This document shows positions 29,209 to 42,620 of a DNA stretch of 64,000 nt, piece after piece. The stretch comes from Octopus sinensis (lineage: Eukaryota). A program made the translations under genes and the position numbers. Position 1 is the stretch's first letter; each line of letters begins with the position of its first letter. The DNA is taken from contig NC_043012.1 of NCBI RefSeq assembly GCF_006345805.1, positions 46,500,001 to 46,564,000 on the forward strand, given 5' to 3'. Below the pieces are notes generated by a model, which saw only the letters and a program-made list of their open reading frames with translations, had not been told where the DNA came from and ran no database searches.

Positions 29209-29240
<32 letters not shown>

Positions 29241-31334
29241 CATAACAAACACTAGGATATCAGAAATTAGCAAACATTCTATTTTATACAACTTTCTATT
29301 CATAGCAACACGCTATTTCATATATACAATCACGTACGAATGTACATGCACTTATATGTCCGCACATACGCCTAGATATTACATATACACATAAGCTGCA
29401 AATATACTAATTTACTAATATTAATGTAAATAGCTTTTACGAGCCAGTGTATTACGATCTTTTGAATGAAAAATGAATGATTACCCAAATTTATTGAAAA
29501 GCCGTTGTATAGATTTATTCTCAGATAAGTTGCTGGGTTTCTCTATTGTATGATTGAATGTTACTGTAGTATGAATATAATATTCTTCAGCATTATTTAT
29601 AACTATTTTGTTTATATTAAACTTATCTAAGTGTATCGACATCTCTCAAAGATTCCAACGAAAGCCTCAGGTCTTCCAAAACCTAGTGTGTAATATACAA
29701 GATGAATTTCTTCACAGCTTCACTTGACTTAATAAGTTTGATATTTCTTTCCTTCTCAGCAGCTATTTCTATAGGTGGCCGTAACAAGCGAAAGGCTGAA
29801 GGGAATTTGACATAAATATGATCCACATTAGAGCTATATTAACCGTTCCCCTACCATAGTCAGTTGTATTATTTGCAATGGCTTTCTACTCCGAGCGGTG
29901 TTCCGTGTTTCTCTATAATATAAACAGTTGAAGTTAACGGAATGTTATTACGTTATGAAGAACTAGCTTCATGAATAGGGAAATGAACAGACTGAAGGTG
30001 CTATTTCCATTAACTTTGAATCATAATTGATGGAAAACGGAACTCGCTGAGTAGTTATCAACAGAGTAAGAAAATACCAGCGGCGCCCTCCTGGAGTAAA
30101 ATAATATTATTAATTTCTCTAATGTAATTTATAATATATATGGCCACTTAAATGTTTTATGTAATAACTGAGACCAAACTGTGAGATATATTGTCAGACA
30201 ACAAGCTGATATACTGCCCCATTTTCAATTTCTCGTGATTACTATTCAACAGAATATACATTCATAATAATGGGATAGTTCTCAGAAATATTGCTACGCT
30301 TCCTGATGTTCATCTTCAATCGGGCCGTGTGGAATGTAAGGTATTAGATTATTTTATGTCAAATATCGGTTACCCAATATATTTCCATGTACACAGGTAC
30401 GCCTAACTGCTTTACTTTTGCAAAGTCATTCTATGTGCAATGAGTAACCAGTTTCGAATTATATACAACATAAATTGTAATACTTACACATATGCATACA
30501 GACATTACAAGTGTATATCAATACACATACATATAAACACGCTTATAACACACACACACGCATAGAGTCCAAAGAAGAAAACAAAAAGTGATTTTAACAC
30601 ATTTTTAATTATCACTTACAAATGTTTCTGTACTAATTCTGCTTTCCGCACCAGTTCAGGCAAAACTTCCAAGTGAAACATTTACGTAAAATAGTTCGGT
30701 TTTAAGCATTAGAGTAGCTCTTATTCAGCCCCGCTGGTGCACTTTTCCATAGAGCGTTTGCTAGAATTTTTGTGTTGCAGATATCGGGAGGAAAGAAAAT
30801 GTTCATAAATATGAAAATGTAAAAAGATTGTACCAGAGTAGATAAAAATATGGTTAGGGGATGAAGAAGTAGTATATAGGGAAGAAGAAAAAAAGAAAAA
30901 GGAGGGAGATGGGGGGGGGGAAAGAAGATGATAGAACAGAAGAAAAGGAAGGAAGAAGTGGAAAAGAACGTGCGGAAGTTGAAGAAGATGGAGAAGACGA
31001 GAATATGAAAGGAAGAAGAAAAAAGAAAGACAAAACCGAAATCGAAAACTGGACGGAAGAAGGAGTTTTATTTGGACAATCGCATATTAAAATGGAAGGG
31101 GGAAATTGTTTCCAATGATAAAATAAAATGAAGTGATGGGGGGAGAGAAAGGGGGTGAAATTTAAAACAGTAGAAAGTGCAACTGCAACAATACTAATAA
31201 TAGGTATAAAGTGATAAGAAAATAATGAGAATAATGCTACCACTATTATTAATAATAAAGATAATAATGCTATTATTAATGATAACACTAACAAGGCACT
31301 GGCTTTCATAGCTTGTGCTCTGAACTAATTAGAA

Positions 31335-31527
31335 GTGTTATCATGTCTTGGTATAAGAGATGGGCTATAGCAAATATTCTGCGCAGTACCACAGATTTGC
31401 TTGTCAGTTGTTTGATCTTGACCAGCTTAGCTTGTCTCTTAGTGGCAGAGATATGTGCATCTCTGATCACGAGTAGAAGTAGTGGAGGAGAATTCCTTGG
31501 AGTTTGAATAATTCACCACTAGAAACT
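31335..31527 (+). repeat. Unclassified interspersed repeat, copy 1
   Basis: gatttgcttgtcagttg..gatatgtgcatctctgatcacgagt.gaagtagtgg..ggagtttgaataattcacc also occurs inverted at 39170-39335. Confidence 0.8.
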
Positions 31528-31542
31528 TAAAATTTTATATGT

Positions 31543-31900
31543 TTTTTGTTATTGGCGCGATTGACATTTGCGCCAATAACAAAAATCCAAGCTTCGGAAT
31601 TTCCCCCCTCTACCAACACAGTGACGATACAACCTGGCACCAACGAATCAGTAGAGAAATTCTCTTTATTACAAAATACTGACACCTTTTGAACGCGTCT
31701 ACATCAAACGACATATCCACTACGGACTTAGAATAACACAAATACACACGCAAATATTAAAAATTATACACTCAAGAGAATTCCCAAGAATTCATTAAAA
31801 AACAATCCCAATCACTGTTATAATCCATAACGAGCCAATATTAAGTCATTCGACTATTTAACATCTTACTACGTTCATACTACCAACTTTCCATCTTATT
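31543..31900 (+). mobile_element. PLE 3' fragment (GIY-YIG C-terminus-like) with a 16-bp inverted repeat at its 5' junction
   Basis: DICANNKNPS then PLYQHSDDTTWHQRISREILFITKY*HLLN resembles the C-terminus of PLE GIY-YIG endonucleases. Confidence 0.45.
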
Positions 31901-32279
31901 CTCCCTTCTCTTTCTTCTTTGTCTTCTTCCTCCTCCTTCCTAACTTTACCACTATTGCTGTTTAGAACAACACCTACGCAAATTTTATAAACAAAACATT
32001 CAAAAGAGATGTTTCAGCAATTCAACAATTACTACTACCATCCACAGAGGAGCACTTGACCATTCTACTACCAATCACAGCGGGCAGTTGACCATTTAAC
32101 ATACTACTGTCATGGCACTCCCACATTCTTCTTCTTCTTCTTCTTCTTCTTCTTCTTCTTCTTCTTCTTCTTCTTCTTCTTCTTCTTCTTCTTCTCTTCT
32201 TCTTCTTCCCACCAAAAATTCACAACGACCTCGAACCCACAAGACTAAACAAGAGAGACAGAGACAGGCCGAATATATA

Positions 32280-32363
<84 letters not shown>

Positions 32364-33671
32364 TTTTTATATAGATATACATATTTCTCTGTATTTGTTT
32401 TGAACTTGTTCCATATTGAAAATTTGTATGCTAGTTTGTTTTCTTTAGACATATTTCTACGATAAATTCTTCTTTTATGACTTGTCATTTCAAGTGAGCA
32501 TGGGTGAGACAGTTAATTGTGATTTATAAGGTTAGAATTTTCGAGTCTTTTAAGCTAAGCTCTTGTGTATTTACTATCTCTTCTTTTTACTGAATCCAAA
32601 CATTGAACTATCTTCTAGCTACTCTTTTAACATTATGTCTCAAACTTTTACTCGTCCACTTTCCTTCACTGATTTTGTCCAATTAATTTTTGGTTTGATA
32701 TAGTCGTGACCAGTACGAATGAATAAAATGTTGGTGTTGACTAAAGCAAATCGCATTTTGGCGTTATCCAAAGTTTAGAGAATTTAATATCTAAAATTTC
32801 ATAGATTCCTTGAGCACTCATTAAAATATCACTCGGAAGATTTGTTTCGGAAAATATTATTTACAATAAATATTTTTGCCGGAATGATTCGCTAGATTGC
32901 AATATCAAGTTTGAAAGCATTGCCGGAAACTATGGGTAAAAGTATTCTAAAATATAGCCTCTAGTTATCCCGGGACTTGTGGATGAAACTTGCTTATATA
33001 TACAGTTGGTAATCAATAAAATGTACACACATATATATACAGAGTTATATACACCCACCACACACGCATACACATTCACACACACAGAGAAAAATAAACT
33101 CAAGACGTTTCTTCAGTGTGGTGAAGTGGAATGAACGATGCCAGTAAGAGAATAGATGCTAATAAAGTGATTTTTTCTGTATATAATCTAAACAATATAA
33201 TAACACCGTATTGTACCTGACAATGTTGGTGACTTTCTCGAACTATTCTGCCTCGAAGGTTCGGAGACATTCTGACAGGAAGCATAGATGCTCCTCTGGC
33301 GAGAGACCAGATTCTGACAAATTACCTCACCTGGTTGCACGTCACTTGCAGTCTTTATAAAATACGCAGTATGAAACTCAAACAAGGGTGCTCGCAGGAG
33401 GACACACAGAAAGAATTTCAGCCAGAGCTTTGGCACCCTCAACCAACACAAATGAAGATGAGAACGGGCAGAAAATAAAGTTAGGACATGTGTAAATAAC
33501 CAACAATACCATGTATTGTATTATATGATGGATTGATTATTTATACAACGATTGCATTTCGTTATAAAGAAAGACAATGGCGTGGAGAATTAAATGCCAG
33601 TCAACCGGTAAAAAACATCAACTGCAACGTTATTAAGGGAGTAAATACGAGCAATAAAAACAATATACACA

Positions 33672-33758
<87 letters not shown>

Positions 33759-35175
33759 CATTCGGACAGATAGACGATACGAAGGCGGACAAGAGAAACA
33801 ACAATTAGAAGGACAGGCAAATAAAAAGACGGGTCATTCGTGGCCTTCTTTCCTCAGTCAAGTGCCATAAGTCACAACCATTTCGGGCAGTTGCACTTGA
33901 GGTGGTTCGATCTGGTTGCTCCCCAAACAGTCTATGCTAAGAGCATTAGACACCTATACATACATACAAAAGCAAAAGGCACAGCAACAACAATGTTAAT
34001 ATCAAAAACACCAGCAAAAATAGCAGCTTATTTTCATCATTCTTAACTCAATTTCACATATATTCTGAAGTACGCCATCCAAAATGCACAACCATAACAA
34101 AAATATTTACAGTCATACAATTTACAAAAGATGATGCACATAAAAAAAAAAATTGTGCCGAAACGAACAAGACAAAAATAAACTTCTGAAAGTGATGAAA
34201 CCAGGCATTTACTGAGACGGAAATAGCGGTCATTTTTTTTTATGACTACGAACTTCGAAAACAAGTTTGTTTTTTCCTACTATTTCGCAAACTAACATGA
34301 CCTATAAATGTGTGTGTTCTGACACTACGCGGGAGAGCAGTGACATGTGCTGAATGACCAGGTCACAAAATCAAGATATCGCAGCACTAATAAGGATTAC
34401 CAACAATTTCATAATATACTTCGTTGGCTACCGAACAGACGCCTCTTTCGTCTCGCCTTGTTCAATCGGTGCGAAATTTTGAACATTTACAGATACGGAA
34501 GTAAACAGACGGTACCTAGCACGAAATGGTAGTTCGGCGGAGATTGGAACATATGCAACATGTGATTTGGTTGTGTTTCGTTTCATTGTAACATGAATGG
34601 AAAATTGCAAAAACGATGGTGCGGCAAGCATGCCATGATTAGATAGAATTTTCATTAGATTAATTGGTAGTATAAGATATCAGCATTGACGGTTGATTGG
34701 TCAAAGGGCTGATTCGTAGTATGTTTAATCAACACAGGAATGACACGTTTCGAGTATTAGTTAAGTAGATGTTTTATAGCATCAGAGAGAGTAAGAAGCG
34801 TCTTTAGTGATTATATTAAACTAAATTAAAATATGCAGTTTTAATAGAATGCGGTAGAGATGTCAGTAAAATAAACAATTTAAGTGATATCTCTCACTTT
34901 TAGTAAAAATGCAGTCAGTAAACGGAAACACTAGTACATTAGAAGCTGAGTCAGTCAACCTAACAGAAGACGCAATGAGAAATGGTAACACTTACGAGGA
35001 CGTATACATATATATCTGTACGTTATATACACACGCACACACACAGATGCACACATACACACACATGAAAATATAAATATATGTGTGTGTTGATAAACAC
35101 ATACATGTATGGACATATATCGATCAATCTCTCTATCTACCTATTCATCCACATTTATATATGTATATATGTATG

Positions 35176-35275
<100 letters not shown>

Positions 35276-36104
35276 GTATACATATATATGTACATATTGT
35301 ATAAGTATATGCTGATGTGTGTGCGTGTATGAGAGTGTCTAAATAGATAAAAATGAAGAAAAATATATATGTGCTGATAGAATGTTGGGCAAATTGTATC
35401 TCACTAAACTACTTTAATTAAACATTTCTGATACGAAATTGCAACTCAATTAAGAAAATATTACTCTTAGAAAATATCACTTATTTTACGTCCATCTATC
35501 CTCCATACTTACCTTAGCAACTATTACATCAATAATTCTCTTCTTTTTCCTCTTTCTCTGCTGGCATCAATTGGATTATAGACCAATTCTAACATAATTA
35601 CACAGACCGGTTTATTGAATATTATCGATTATATATCAGGCAAGATTTTAACATCTGAATCCAAGCGAAATCAAGCTAGAAAATGCCTGAAGCAATCAGA
35701 ATTATACACAAAAGTCTTTTTCCTATCAGGTGTTTCGTTCATTTTACTATTCTACTACATTGATCAACAATTGTTATATCCAATTAAGTTATTTTAAGAG
35801 AATGAAGCATCTTAACATGAAATGGCAATGTAATTAAAGTTAGTTCTGAAGCATTTGTCTTAGATTATTGCCGTTCGATCTAATTACAATCCGTTGGTTC
35901 TTTTAGTAACTTTCGTGTTCCTACAGGAATGTTTCCTTTCATGGTTTAGCTGACATCATTCATGCACCATCTCTCTTCATATCATCTGATGTATTATATA
36001 ATGCTTTCCGACGTACCATTGATTTTCTATACAGCATGTACATTTTTCTATAAATTTAGCGCCGTGGAAATGCCTATTGTTAGATACATATAAATATAAT
36101 GACG

Positions 36105-36377
36105 ATGTAAATGATGATAATAATGATAATAATTATATTTATAATAAAATTTTCTTCTTCTTCTTCTTCTTCTTCTTCTTCTTCTTCTTCTTCTTCTTCT
36201 TCTTCTTCTTCTTTTTCTTCTTCTTCCTCTTCTTCTTCCTCTTCTTCTTTTTCTTCTTCTTCTTTTTATTCTTCTCCCTCTTCTTCTTCCCCTTCTTCCT
36301 CTTCTTCTTATCATCATGATTATTATCATGATTATTATTATTTTTATTATTATTATCATTATTATCATTATTATTAT

Positions 36378-36421
<44 letters not shown>

Positions 36422-36446
36422 TTGTCGTTGTTATTATTATTATTAT

Positions 36447-36490
<44 letters not shown>

Positions 36491-36612
36491 TTGTCGTTGT
36501 TATTATTATTATTATAAGTAGTAGTAGTAGTACCAGAAGTAGTAGTAGTAGTAGTGGTAGTAGAAATAAAAGTGGTTGTAGTATTACTACTGCATCTTCT
36601 CCACCCCTCCAC

Positions 36613-36700
<88 letters not shown>
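36105..36700. repeat. Compound microsatellite (TTC)n/(TAT)n/(TAG)n/(CTA)n/(TAA)n
   Basis: Seen directly; source of the low-complexity ORFs. Confidence 0.95.
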
Positions 36701-36701
<1 letters not shown>

Positions 36702-38696
36702 CGGGTGGATCGCTGCTTTATACAGCAACATCTGCTCGGTGATACGGGTGAACGGTCACCTTTCGGAACCGTTCGACATCTCGCATTCGGTCCGCCAAGG
36801 ATGCCCTCTCTCCTCTCTCTTGTACATATTGACTCTCGAGCCATTACTGCGCAAGTTGGAGGCTTTGAGGGGTATCCCGCGCGATCTAGGAGGCGGAACC
36901 AGCGTGTCTGCCTATGCCGACGACGGCCTGATTGGCGAGACACTAAACGAGTACGAAGCGGTGACAGGGGCAAAGATTAACGCGGAAAAGTCTGTGGGCT
37001 TGCAACTGGGCACCTGGAGAGGCAAGCCCATACCGTCCAACAGCGTCGTAGGGCGCTGGACAGATTGACTCGCTAAACTGCTCGGGGTCTGGTTCGGTCC
37101 GGACCTCCAGGTGGATAAAAACTGGGAAGAGGTGACGAGCAGGGTGGCATGTCTCACCCAGAAATGGGCCGAGAGGAAGCTGTCCCTGAAAGGTCGAGCG
37201 GAGGTGGCGAATGCGTACATCGCATCCGTCATCTATTACCGCTTGACCGTCGTCCCTTGTTCCAACCGCTGGTTGGCCAAGCTCAGGGATGGGCGAACTT
37301 TTTTGATCGCGGGCCGCACAGTGCGTCTTTGGAACCTTGGCGGGCCTCATTTATAAAAATCAAGTGAAAATATTTTTAAAGGTGGTTATAGACCTATAAA
37401 CACACAATTGATTGAAAGGAAATTTTGTGAAATATTCCTCTCGGCGGGCCGCATGAAAACCTATGGTACGCCTGCTCTTCGACTTTTTGTGGAAGGGTCA
37501 GGTGCCACTGGTCAGGCGATCCATCTGCTGTCAACGACCGCTGAACGGAGGCCTTGGAATGCCGTGGTTACTGATGCGCAGACATGCGCTCAGGCTGCGA
37601 CATCTCAAGCGTTTCCTAGACGGTGAACAGGTGTGGTCGTCCTTTGTCAGACGCGACTTTCCGCAGCTCGTCTCTTTGACAGAGCTGCAGACCTGGATCA
37701 AACGTAGACCGAGAAAGGGCGCTTGGCACCTCGAGTGCCGTCAAGCTCTCTCCGCCCTCCGCCAGGCGGGCAATGCGATCGGTTTCAGCTCCACTCTAGC
37801 GTTCTATAGAGGGTTAGTGGAGGAAAAATGCGACGACGTTCTCGGGGAAACACTAGGCGTTGACGATAACGAACTGAGCGGTCTGTTCGGAAGGACTTTC
37901 GGGCCGGGGCCAATGGATAATTTCCAGAGGTCGCTCGCTTGGCAGTGTTACCGAGGGGCTCTGCCTGTTCAGGATAGACTCTACCGGCACGGAAGTGCCG
38001 TTAGCCGGGCCTGCCCGAGATGTTGCCAGGACGACGAAACCGTTCTACACGCACTCGTCCAGTGCCCGAGTATTGCTGAACTATGGGTTTATATCGAACA
38101 GCTACTGTCACGTGTAGGACGGATCCGGCTATCAGCCGAATCCATAGTGAAGATTGCCCCGCCGACCCCCTTTAACAAGGAGGGCGAGGCCGTTTTCTTG
38201 TACCTAGTGGCTGTGGCAAAAGAGGTTGTATGGTGGACCTGTTTGAAAGGGCTAAAGTCAGACACTTTCCTCTTTGGTCAAGGCCTCATCAACTTTTTCA
38301 AGTTTCACTTGAAAAGGAAGATGAGGTTAGAGAGGAGAGTGCTGTCCGATAGCAAGTTTTCTGAAAGGTGGGTGAATTGTGCGAGAATGGCCAGTATAAA
38401 TGGACCAATTCTCAGGTTTCGCCTGTGATTGAAAAAGGTTTTATAAAAAGAGAAAGGGGCTCTCTACACCCATTTTGACCAGGCTCCCGTTGGCTTTTAT
38501 GGGGGTTTTTCCACCAGGAACCTTTCGAAGCGCCTCCCTCTATTGGGAGTTTTTCGTTGTTATATTATTTGATTGTTACACTGTTTTTACACGATTTTTT
38601 CACAAACGGACAAAACCCTTCGTAACCTTTCGTCCTGTTTTGTCCCTTTATGTTTTCTAATCATATGTATCAGCCCTTGTGGCCAATAAAAAGAAT

Positions 38697-38697
<1 letters not shown>
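36701..38697 (+). mobile_element. 5'-truncated Tx1-like (L1 superfamily) LINE
   Basis: RT motifs SVRQGCPLSSLLY..YADD (about 11 codons appear missing after YADD) and KINAEKS. The C-terminal ORF 37463-38428 (321 aa) has CPRCCQDDETVLHALVQCP. The 3' UTR ends agcccttgtggccaataaaaagaat. Confidence 0.9.
37284..37464 (+). mobile_element. hAT-like non-autonomous element (left TIR only) inserted in the Tx1 ORF
   Basis: Begins CAGGGATGGGCGAACTTTTT (Charlie/hAT-like terminus) with repeated gcgggcc motifs. Removing it restores Tx1 AKL-VRLLF, as seen uninterrupted at about 195-220. Confidence 0.7.
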
Positions 38698-38739
<42 letters not shown>

Positions 38740-38780
38740 TATTATTATTATTGTTATTATTATTGTTGTTGTTGTTGTTG

Positions 38781-38995
38781 TCTTTGCACAGTTTCTAACG
38801 CTGGAGATGTATTACAGTGTCAGTTCTTCACTACCAGTATATTAAAGAAGCACTTCATGTTTTTCGAGCACTATCCGGAGTATTCAAGCGGTTCCAAGCA
38901 GTGCCGGTTTCTGCAAGTGCTCCACCCTAATTGAAGCCCATATTTGTTCCATGTACTTCTCAAAATTTTTACTCACTATTCCCAGGGCTTCGACC
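38781..38995 (-). mobile_element. 3' end of an R4-like RLE LINE
   Basis: VVEALGIVSKNFEKYMEQI..EHLQKPALLGTA*ILRIVLE, then a 3' UTR running into (AAC/AAT)n at 38697-38780. Confidence 0.8.
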
Positions 38996-39335
38996 ACCAG
39001 GCACATGAATTACAAGCATACGTTCACGACATGGTGATGTTATATCAAGATAAACAGCGCATGGTTTTGCAGAGAGGGGCCAGTTAGAATTTTCTTCAGA
39101 CCGAGTAGCCCATCTCGCTCAAAAAGGTTCCTGAATAAGGGTTGTTTAAGGATCTTGAACAACGCATCCATGTTTTCAGAGGTGAATTATCCAAACCCCA
39201 AAGAATTCCTATCAAAACATGCCTATGATCCCGCCCCACTACTTCAACTCGTGATCAGAGATGCACATATCTTCAGCTACCAAGGGACATGCTTCACTGG
39301 TTAAAGTCGAACAACTGACAAGCAAATCCGTATTT
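38996..39335 (-). repeat. Unclassified interspersed repeat, copy 2
   Basis: Inverted homolog of 31335-31527 and longer than it. Confidence 0.75.
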
Positions 39336-39339
39336 CTTT

Positions 39340-40660
39340 TCATCATGTGTTGGGAGTCTTTGACTTTGTGCCGCAATTAAATTTCCATAAAATTCCTCTC
39401 GCTTTGAGTTTCGAAATTCGCAACCATTTTGGAGATTTCTCCTTTGTTGTTTCGTTTGTATTTAGCTGATCTCAGCATTTGCCATGGAAGGGCTTCTATT
39501 TCCCTTACGTTATTATAGTACTTTGTAGTTCCAATTTTGCTTGGATCTTAGTCTCTTTAAATCTCTTGTTGTTTCTTCTTTTCTTCATAATTGCCAACTG
39601 TTATAATCTCTCTCATATTTTCGACTTCTTTCAAGATTGAAAACAGTTTCTTGGTTTGCTTATGCTTTTTGGCTTCTCTGATTTGATATTTCTGCTGTCC
39701 CGTAGTAAATATAAACTAGTTCTATACATGTATAAGCCCTACATTACCTTAAATTTGTTGCATTCATAACCATTCTATGTCAGATTTAGTGTAGTGTATT
39801 CTAAGTTCCATCATTAGTTTTGTTGTGTTATAGTCTGTGACCTATAAATGGGAAAGTTAGTGTACTGATACCTATTGTCTTATTTTTCGTATTGAATTCT
39901 CTTTTAAGTAATAATCTAACTCGTCTATTGTATTTCTTCCTTATCTTCACTTTCATTTGTGTGCCCTGTGGCGTATGTAGTCCATTGATTCCAAAGTATT
40001 TGCACGTCTAGGTTTGGTCTAGTTCTCTTATTTCATTTTTTCTATCTAATGTGATATTGTTATGCATAACTAATTTTCCTTTTTTCACTGTTAGCTTGGA
40101 GCATTTTCCTAAGCTGAATTTCAGATTTACTTATTGCTAAATACATGTAGTGTCAGCAATAATGTTGTCAGTTCGTTGTCCTTTGCAGCATATATATAGC
40201 TTAAGGTCATCTTTAGACAAAGGATAGCGATTGTGTTACCATAGCAGTTGCACCCTCATTCACGTCTGTTGAAGACATCAGTGTCAGATAGAAATATAAG
40301 TGGACAGAGTGAGTCTCCTTGCAATATTCCTCTTCTAATGAGGATGGCATTGCTATTTATAATCCCTTCATTTGTCTGGAGCTACAGAAATGTTTGACAA
40401 TTATTTCTGACATCTCTCATACTTTTTTTTTTGTTTTCATTATTTTTGTTCATGGGAGGCGTTTCCAGAATCCATATGTATGGAATACTGTCAAAAACCT
40501 TGCGGTAATCGATCCAAGCCATATTTCGACCCTTCCTTTTCTTTTGGAAATCTTCAATGATCGTTTTGTTGGATAATAACTGGTTTTTACAGCCAAAGAA
40601 GCCGTTATAACATCCCTTCTGTTCTTCTGTTTCTTCTAGATGTTTGCCCACCCTCTGTGG
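39340..40660 (-). mobile_element. Degenerate R4-like LINE related to 46011-50094
   Basis: EEQKGC..AWIDYRKVFDSIP (ORF 40382-40651), GILQGDSLCPL, DDLKLY, and KHKQTKKLFSILKE, matching the order in the intact-looking copy. Confidence 0.8.
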
Positions 40661-40689
40661 TGCTATTGCCGTTTAGACCCTCTGTAGTG

Positions 40690-42620
40690 CTAGTGTCGTT
40701 TAGGGGTTTTCAATTATAGGGTGACTTGTTATTTTGAAGTTTCAATGGGACTGAGCCCAACACTTCAATCACCACTGGTATCACTTTTACATTACCCTCT
40801 CTCATTCCATACAGTCTAACCATTTCCACTTTCAATTCGGAGTACTTGGTGATTTTTTCAACCTCTTTCCTCACATCACTCATAGGATTTGGTATGGCTA
40901 CATCAATGATCTGACAGTATTTGCCCCTCTTATTCAATATGACAATTTCCGGCAGAAGGCGTTCGATTACACGATCCGTGGGAAAATAAGATTTCCATAG
41001 TATTGTTACTTTGGTTAAACCCCTCCTTGCCCATCATTTCATCTGCATTTACATCCATATCTTTCGCGGCATATTGCAGCATGTCTTCATCACTATTTAT
41101 CAAATTACTTGGCAAGCGTTCTCTTTTCATTTCTTATACAATGGTCTATATTAATTAGTCCTCTGCCACCATTCGTTCTTTTCATATACAGTATGTTTAC
41201 GCTTGCTTTAGGGTATAGCGCTCCATGCAGCATCACCAACTTTATCGTCCTTCTATCCAGTGTTGATATTTCCTCCTTGATTTCAACACCATTTTTAGGC
41301 TTTTTGATACGTCACGCTGACCTTGACTTACATTTCTCTGTGTAGAATGTCATCCAGCTCCAAAATCCCCAAATATCTATATCCACTACCGTCGGGTTCA
41401 CTCATGGTCTCTCCTGATCATAACCGCAATCCTGTGCAGGCTGCGTTCTTCCTTCTTTTCATATTAAGTACTGAGCATTTGGTAATCCTAAATTCCGTAC
41501 CGATGTCCCTGCCACACTTCTAGACTGTTTTGGTTAAGGAATCTATCTCTTTTTCAGATTTTCCAAACAATTTCAAGTCATCCATAAATAGAAGATAGTC
41601 CAATGACGGGCCTTTCTTCCCACAACGGTAACCCATCTTGACTTTCCTAAGTGTCATTGTTATGGGTATTAGTGCAATTACAAAAAGTAACGAAGAAAAC
41701 GAGTCACCTTCGAAGATACCCCTTTTAGTATTAACTTCTCAAAGGAATACATTACTTGAGTACAATTTCGTGAGAACAATTCCAGTATTTTCCAGATTAT
41801 GTTTAGGCATGCTATGGGACGCTAGTTTCTCTCAATATTCCCCTTTCTTCTATATTTCATTACAATTGTTTTCCTCCCAGTCACCATCCACGCGGGGACT
41901 GTACCTTTCTGGACACACTCAATCAATTAGGTTGCTAGTCTTTCATGCATCTCTTCAGCCAAAAGCCATGAATCCCGTCTGGTCCGAGGGCGTTCAAGTC
42001 AGGCACTTTATCCACTTGCTCTTTCAAATCACCCGTGCTTATTAATAATATTCCTTTGTTTCTTTCTTCCTTGTGATTCTGTCTTCATAGTTCCTATCCA
42101 CATTGCATCTCTTCTATGAACCACATTGTTTCCCCATAATCCGCTCCAGAACTCCTTGGCTTGATTCGCATCAGGAGCAACATTTTCCCTATTGTCTCCT
42201 TCTAACGTTTGGAAGAATTGCTTCGGTTATTTTTGAACAATCTGTTCCTTTCGAACTATTTCTTTCTGATCACAAATCATCTGATCTTCTGGCTTTTTGC
42301 GATGATCCCCTGTTTTACCTGCTCTGTCACTGCACCAACCCTATTCTTCCGTATTTTATATTTCTTCTTTAATTTTTCTCGGTCAGTCTTTTCCCCATTT
42401 ATCCAGTTTCCTCTTAACCATTGCTCAATTTTTCCTAGATCTTACCTTGCTCGCATTACGTCCCTTTCATTTCATCATTTCCACCATGGATCTTTTGCTC
42501 CACCATTTTCTGTTCTCTTAAGTTGTAATTTCTCCTCAACAAATAGCGCAAAAGCTCGGAGAATATTCCTCATTTGTGTTACGTCCTCGCCTGGATGTAT
42601 TTTATGACAGTATTTATCTT
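40690..42620 (-). mobile_element. Degenerate R4-like LINE, distinct family
   Basis: Pre-RT region (KEFWSGLWG), RT (GIFEGDSFS; YLLFMDDLKLFGKS), and RLE IIDVAIP..KEVEKITKYSEL..VIPVVIEVLG. Confidence 0.85.

Noticed and set aside
30854-31309. 151-aa hydrophobic ORF / purine-rich stretch, first considered an inverted PLE tail
   Set aside because: Low-complexity decayed AAT/GAA repeats with no similarity to the PLE fragment.
33188-33451. 87-aa minus-strand ORF with a hydrophobic start, and overlapping 61-aa ORF 33100-33285
   Set aside because: No ATG for the longer ORF and no recognisable domain; cannot be supported as CDS.
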